Assembly: GCA_963765495.1 (NCBI GenBank) | Contig: CAVXWP010000003.1 | Coordinates: 128,001 to 192,000 of the forward strand | Source of the DNA: Blastocatellia bacterium | Lineage (GTDB): Bacteria > Acidobacteriota > Blastocatellia > UBA7656 | Direction: 5' to 3' | Length of the DNA stretch: 64,000 nucleotides | Shown here: one piece after another, positions 59,511-64,000 of the stretch | How positions within the stretch are numbered: the first letter of the stretch is position 1 | Layout: every line of letters begins with the position of its first letter | Position numbers and translations under genes: made by a program | Notes under the pieces: model-generated | Databases searched by the model: none | What the model was told of the DNA's origin: nothing | Seen by the model: only the letters and a program-made list of their open reading frames with translations

Positions 59511-59585
59511 GTGATTCGTGATTCGCGATCTTAAGGAGAGTCGCTTCTTACCGGGAAATTCAAACTTTACGAATCCCGAATCGCG
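59511..59585. repeat. heptamer (GTGATTC) inverted repeat between convergent genes
   Basis: GTGATTC GTGATTC GCGATC ... ACGAATC CCGAATC GCG; may act as a terminator. Confidence 0.55.
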
Positions 59586-59593
59586 CGCGGTAT

Positions 59594-60499
59594 TCAGAAT
59601 CGGAAAGTCGCCCCCCGGTGACATTTATTGCAATCGGAAAAATCATCGCCGCCAAAGGCTCGCTCGTTATCGTGACAGGTCCTGCAACTCTGCCCGCGAG
59701 CGGGCGGGAAATGCTCGGTCGCTACAGGAGAACTGACCTGACCCGTTCTACTCATCCCGGCCCTGATCTTATGACACTCATTGCAACTGAGCCGCTTTCG
59801 CGTGTGAGTTGCGTGGCTGAAGTTTACCCGGAAAGCCTTGGCCCATTCCGACGCGCGAACAAACCTGCCCGGCAGGTGGCATACGTTGCACGAAGAGATG
59901 TCCCGCCCGTTTGATTTAGCGCCCGGAGCGTGACACTCAAAGCACGTCTTATGAGCGCCCTCTCCGGCAGGGATCGAGAAGGCTGTGCCGCCTTTCGTCT
60001 GTTTATGACACGTGGCGCAGTTTGTCAGGCGGTTGTGACGCGCGTGATCGAACCTCACACTAAATGTCTCAAGCGCCGGGAATGATTTCAACTGCGGGTT
60101 GCTCGCCCCTGTCTGAGTGTGACAGATACCGCAAAGGGGGCTGTTTGCATCCTGAAACTGTTTCGTGTGACAACCGGCGCAAGGGCTATGGCCCGTCGAG
60201 CGCACAGGCACAGGAGAGTTATCCGAGCGCCTATGGCACAACAGACAGGGAAGACGAGAGTGTGCGGATACGGAGTGCTTGAAGGTCGAATAATCCCGCG
60301 CCCCCTGCGCGCTCGCAAGTTCTGAGCTCTTATCAAAAGAAGTTTCTCGAAATGAAGCCGATGATCGGGCGTTTGAAAAGAGTGTGAGTGTCAGCCATAA
60401 CCCTGCGGACAGAACGATCAAAAAGAGAGCCGCCCGGCGCAAAGCGATGCTCCTTCCAGCCTCGATCCTATCAAGCTTCTTCTCAGGTGTTTCAGGCAT
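59594..60499 (-). CDS. membrane-anchored multiheme cytochrome c (9 CxxCH, c3/c7-like)
   Basis: CLLCH, CAGCH, CGICH, CATCH, CFECH, CNVCH, CNECH, CRTCH, CNKCH; FxHxxH motifs; ATG 60499 avoids overlap with the upstream gene. Confidence 0.88.
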   Translation of the reverse strand: MPETPEKKLDRIEAGRSIALRRAALFLIVLSAGLWLTLTLFSNARSSASFRETSFDKSSELASAQGARDYSTFKHSVSAHSRLPCLLCHRRSDNSPVPVRSTGHSPCAGCHTKQFQDANSPLCGICHTQTGASNPQLKSFPALETFSVRFDHARHNRLTNCATCHKQTKGGTAFSIPAGEGAHKTCFECHAPGAKSNGRDISSCNVCHLPGRFVRASEWAKAFRVNFSHATHTRKRLSCNECHKIRAGMSRTGQVSSPVATEHFPPARGQSCRTCHDNERAFGGDDFSDCNKCHRGATFRF

Positions 60500-60513
60500 A
60501 TTATTATGACCGC

Positions 60514-61749
60514 TCACTTCGTCTGATTTATTTGGATCGCGCTCAGATGACTTTCCGGTATTGGTTTTTGACCGTTTCGGATGTGGCATTTCGTACACTC
60601 GAAAGCCGCGTTCGCTTTCTTTTGCGCGACTTCAAAATTAAGCGCGCCTTCAAGAGTCGCTTCAATGTGACAGCCCGTTCCCGCCCCTCCACAGGATTTC
60701 ACCTCTACCCGTGTGCTCTTATCGAGAGTATTGAGCGCCGAGGCATTATGACAGGCGGCGCAATCGAGATCGGCGTGAGGCAGCCATTCGTGCCTGAATT
60801 TTGCCGTCTCGCGCCTGCTCCACAATTTCAAGGCGGTTCGATCCTGCACTTTCATCATCGCCGCAAGTTTCGGGTCAAAGTCTCCGTGCGCGCTCGTCAA
60901 GTCGGTCTGTTTATCCGGCGGCAAGAGATTATGGCACACATTGCAATCGCCCGGGCCGGGTGTCAGACCGCTATCTTCGGAGTGACAGGTAAAACAGATC
61001 GTGTGGCCCGACGGCGGCGTCTTGAATGTTCCTTTCTTTAACCAGAATGCGTCTTCTGCCAGGTCTTTCGGGGGCGCAGTCACATACTCATCATCAGAAT
61101 CCCCCTGCGGCATGTAGGTCTTATGGCAAACCGCGCAGCTTGCCGACTGGCTCTCTTCATAGCCCGGTCTTGCCTTGCGAACAAATGACGCGAGGATGAA
61201 GGGGCTCGATAATCGCGTCGGGCGATCAACCGGGTTCTGCCCGACAATTTCAATATGTTTATCGTGAGGAAAGCTGATGCCGTATTCCGAGGTAAAGCTC
61301 TCTGCCGTTTTCGCTTGATCGAATATCTCTTCCGGGTTTGGGAAAGGATGACGCGAGCTATCGCGCGGCGACGGATTCGTGTGACAGATAAAACAGATGG
61401 CAGGCCGAGCGCCGGTAAAAAACTGCTTGCGATGGCACGGGAGGCAGGAAGCGTGTTCCGGATAATCGGTAATGTCGGGGAAGGCATCTTCCGCCTTGCG
61501 GACCTCTTTCCAGTTTGCGGAAGGAAACTTGTGGCACGCGCTGCACGCCTGTTTCCGGTGATCCGGCACGCGATGAGTGAAGCTGGAATAGTCTGCGCGC
61601 TGCTCTGGATTGCTCGATGGCGCTTTGCGTTTTTGTTTCTTTGACCTCGTTTGAGGGTCCGCGTCGGTCTTTGCAGACGGGCGCGCACTCACCCCCAGAA
61701 AGACGGTGAGCGACAGGATTATTATCAGCTTCGTGATTCGATGATTCAT
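60514..61749 (-). CDS. exported multiheme cytochrome c (8 CxxCH + 1 CX6CH)
   Basis: Signal peptide; CSACH, CLPCH, CFICH, CAVCH, CFTCH, CNVCH, CAACH, CGGAGTGCH, CTKCH. Confidence 0.88.
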   Translation of the reverse strand: MNHRITKLIIILSLTVFLGVSARPSAKTDADPQTRSKKQKRKAPSSNPEQRADYSSFTHRVPDHRKQACSACHKFPSANWKEVRKAEDAFPDITDYPEHASCLPCHRKQFFTGARPAICFICHTNPSPRDSSRHPFPNPEEIFDQAKTAESFTSEYGISFPHDKHIEIVGQNPVDRPTRLSSPFILASFVRKARPGYEESQSASCAVCHKTYMPQGDSDDEYVTAPPKDLAEDAFWLKKGTFKTPPSGHTICFTCHSEDSGLTPGPGDCNVCHNLLPPDKQTDLTSAHGDFDPKLAAMMKVQDRTALKLWSRRETAKFRHEWLPHADLDCAACHNASALNTLDKSTRVEVKSCGGAGTGCHIEATLEGALNFEVAQKKANAAFECTKCHIRNGQKPIPESHLSAIQINQTK

Positions 61750-62061
61750 CTGCCTCTGATCCGATTGCCGTCATTTGTCTATTGTAATCAAGTCTTATGC
61801 CATCTCTCTCGATTTTGCAACGATTGCCGAGAGGGGCGCGATTTTGAGGCTGATTGAGCGGCAGAGGCGGTTTCGCAACTCTAAAGGGATGCTCGCATGT
61901 GGAAACTCACCCATTGATTTGCGTAAAAGCTCGCATATCACCCGCCCGCCAAAACGAATTGCCCGCTTATTCTTTGAAAAACAGGCTGCTCAAGTTTAGA
62001 GTTGAAATGGAACGGTCGTTGCTCTTGAAATAGATTTGAAAGTCCAGTAAGAGGTAAGGAT

Positions 62062-62379
62062 ATGAAAAAGATAAAACTCCTGATCGCCACTATAGTTCTC
62101 TCGATGACAGCGATCACAGGGTTTGGCCTGACGGCTCCGAAAACGAGCGCGACCCGTGATGATTTTGATGCCGCGACATTTTTCAAGGCCAAGTGCGCGA
62201 TGTGTCACGGCCAGAAGGCCGAGAAGAAATTCGACGCGTCGCTGCCGGATGAGGAACTGGTGCAGATAGTTCTAAAGGGCAAGGAAGGAACGCCGAAAAT
62301 GCCGGAATACGGATCGAAGGGCATTGACGCGGAGAAGGCAGCGGCGCTTATAGCTCATATGAAATCGTTGAAGCAATAA
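62062..62379 (+). CDS. monoheme class I cytochrome c
   Basis: Signal peptide, CAMCHG, distal ligand KMPEYG. Confidence 0.9.
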   Translation: MKKIKLLIATIVLSMTAITGFGLTAPKTSATRDDFDAATFFKAKCAMCHGQKAEKKFDASLPDEELVQIVLKGKEGTPKMPEYGSKGIDAEKAAALIAHMKSLKQ

Positions 62380-62495
62380 TCTCTTTCCCTTGCCGGCGAT
62401 CCGGGTTGTTTTTCACCTATTTCAGACGCGGGGTCTGAAGCGCGAAGTGTTGCGCTTCGGACTCCGCGATCATCAACCGGCGGAGCAAGCCTGTC

Positions 62496-64000
62496 ATGAG
62501 AATGATCCTTCGGCCAGCGCGACGGGCCTCCGGTCTGCTTCGCAACTATATAAGCCTGTCGGGCGCGGCCATTGTAGTCGCAAGCTGTATAAGCATTCTT
62601 TTCTTCTTTGTCGCGGAATCGTTTGGCTCCAGAGACAATCCATATCTGGGAATGTTCACCTACATAATCTTTCCCGTCTTCCTTGTAGCGGGACTGGTCG
62701 TTATGGGAATCGGCGCGCTTCGGGAGCGGCGCAGGCGAATCCATGAGGGCGAATCGGAGATTGCGCCTTACCCCACGTTTGATTTGAACGACCCGGCAAA
62801 GCGACGCAGGTTTTTTGTATTCGCCGCTGTGTCATTGATCTTTATTTTTGTAAGTCTGATGGGCAGTTATCGGGCTTATGAATATATGGATTCGGTAGAG
62901 TTTTGCGGACAGGCGTGCCACACGCCTATGAATCCAGAATTCACCGCCTACAAGGTATCGCCTCACGCGCGCGTTCGCTGTACAGAGTGCCACGTAGGGT
63001 CGGGGGCCGAGTGGTATCTTCGGGCAAAATTTTCCGGCGTGCGGCGACTTTACGCCGAACTGCTCAATAACTATTCCAGACCGATACCCTCGCCTGTACA
63101 CGATTTGCGCCCGGCAAAGGATACCTGCGAGCAATGTCACTGGCCAAAGAAATTCTTTGGTTCCAGGTTAAAGACCTTCTCGCACTTTGGCTATGACGAG
63201 ACCAACACTCAGAGGGATTTTCGGTTGCTGATAAATATCGGAGGCGGCGACGAAACCACCGGCCCGGTCACAGGCATTCACTGGCACATGAATCTTGCAA
63301 ACCAGATCACCTTTGTCTCGACCGACGATCAACGTCAGGTAATTCCCTGGGTCAGGCTCAAGGACGGGAACGGAAAGGTGACGGATTACATTGCCGATGG
63401 CGCGGCTTTGACGAGCGACGAAATCGAGCACGCAACAAAGCGACAGATGGATTGCACCGATTGCCATAATCGCCCGACCCATATTTTTCTTTCCCCCGAC
63501 AGGGCAGTCAATGAATCCCTTGCGGCAGGCAGGCTCGATGCTTCGCTCCCTTATCTGAAACGGCAGGCGGTCGAGCTTCTGTCAAAATCTTACGCATCGA
63601 AGGGCGAAGCGATGCGGGCAATCGCTTCGGGGCTGAGTGATTATTACCGCGCAAACCACGCCGATCTGTACCTCGCCAAACAGGGTTCGATCAATCAAGC
63701 GGTCGCTGAAATTCAGCGTATCTTTGACACATACTTCTTCCCCGAGATGAAGACCGACTGGCAGGCTCATCCGGATAACATAGGCCATTTCAATACCGAA
63801 GGCTGCTTCAGGTGCCACGACGGTCGCCACACGAGCAGCGACGGGAAAGTTATCAGAAAGGATTGCGACCTCTGTCACACGATGCTGGATCAGAAGGAGG
63901 AGGGGGCCGCCGTCGCCTTAGAAAACGGGGCCTTCCGCCACCCGGTCAATCTCGGAAATGTCGAGCGGTTCAAATGCGCCGAGTGCCACAGCGGAAAGGG
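62496..64000 (+). CDS. NapC/NirT-family membrane multiheme cytochrome c (3'-partial; absent from ORF track)
   Basis: Hand translation from ATG 62496: three TM helices, FCGQACH..M.PE, SPHARVRCTECH, CEQCHWP, CTDCHNRP, CFRCH, CDLCH, CAECH; open to the window end. Confidence 0.88.
   Translation, partial: MRMILRPARRASGLLRNYISLSGAAIVVASCISILFFFVAESFGSRDNPYLGMFTYIIFPVFLVAGLVVMGIGALRERRRRIHEGESEIAPYPTFDLNDPAKRRRFFVFAAVSLIFIFVSLMGSYRAYEYMDSVEFCGQACHTPMNPEFTAYKVSPHARVRCTECHVGSGAEWYLRAKFSGVRRLYAELLNNYSRPIPSPVHDLRPAKDTCEQCHWPKKFFGSRLKTFSHFGYDETNTQRDFRLLINIGGGDETTGPVTGIHWHMNLANQITFVSTDDQRQVIPWVRLKDGNGKVTDYIADGAALTSDEIEHATKRQMDCTDCHNRPTHIFLSPDRAVNESLAAGRLDASLPYLKRQAVELLSKSYASKGEAMRAIASGLSDYYRANHADLYLAKQGSINQAVAEIQRIFDTYFFPEMKTDWQAHPDNIGHFNTEGCFRCHDGRHTSSDGKVIRKDCDLCHTMLDQKEEGAAVALENGAFRHPVNLGNVERFKCAECHSGK

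Overview
Bacterial chromosomal window. Gene content suggests Acidobacteriota, possibly Blastocatellia (inference only). 1-4.1 kb: HAD/ATPase fusion, persulfide dioxygenase-rhodanese, MscS and a truncated DUF389 gene. 4.2-7.1 kb: two 85-bp attC sites around one gene cassette with no integron integrase, then an IS903-group IS5 remnant cut by a dead IS630. 7.6-23.3 kb: TetR, molybdopterin oxidoreductase, VWA-like protein, kinase-AAA-TPR protein, MBL hydrolase, FhlA-like sigma54 activator with an NmrA-like target, and queG carrying a 63-nt in-frame insertion inside an Fe-S motif. 23.8-44.3 kb: type I-B CRISPR-Cas locus (WYL, Cmx6-type cas6, second cas6, cas8b with probable internal cas11, cas7, cas5, cas3, hicB plus nonsense-inactivated hicA, cas4, cas1 with a 77-aa acidic stretch, cas2) and an array of 139 apparently identical repeats. 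Most spacers are strongly depleted of identical adjacent bases (hand count 4% in the first five versus 25% in the last five); a consensus/assembly artefact is the most likely cause, but it needs a raw-read check. An IS4 ends the array, followed by a phage-type integrase split by a 205-bp ISAs1-like MITE. 47.3-64 kb: PP2C/kinase/FHA operon, probable sigma54-driven PFOR operon, GNAT-acyl-CoA synthetase, and a divergent multiheme cytochrome c cluster running off the window.
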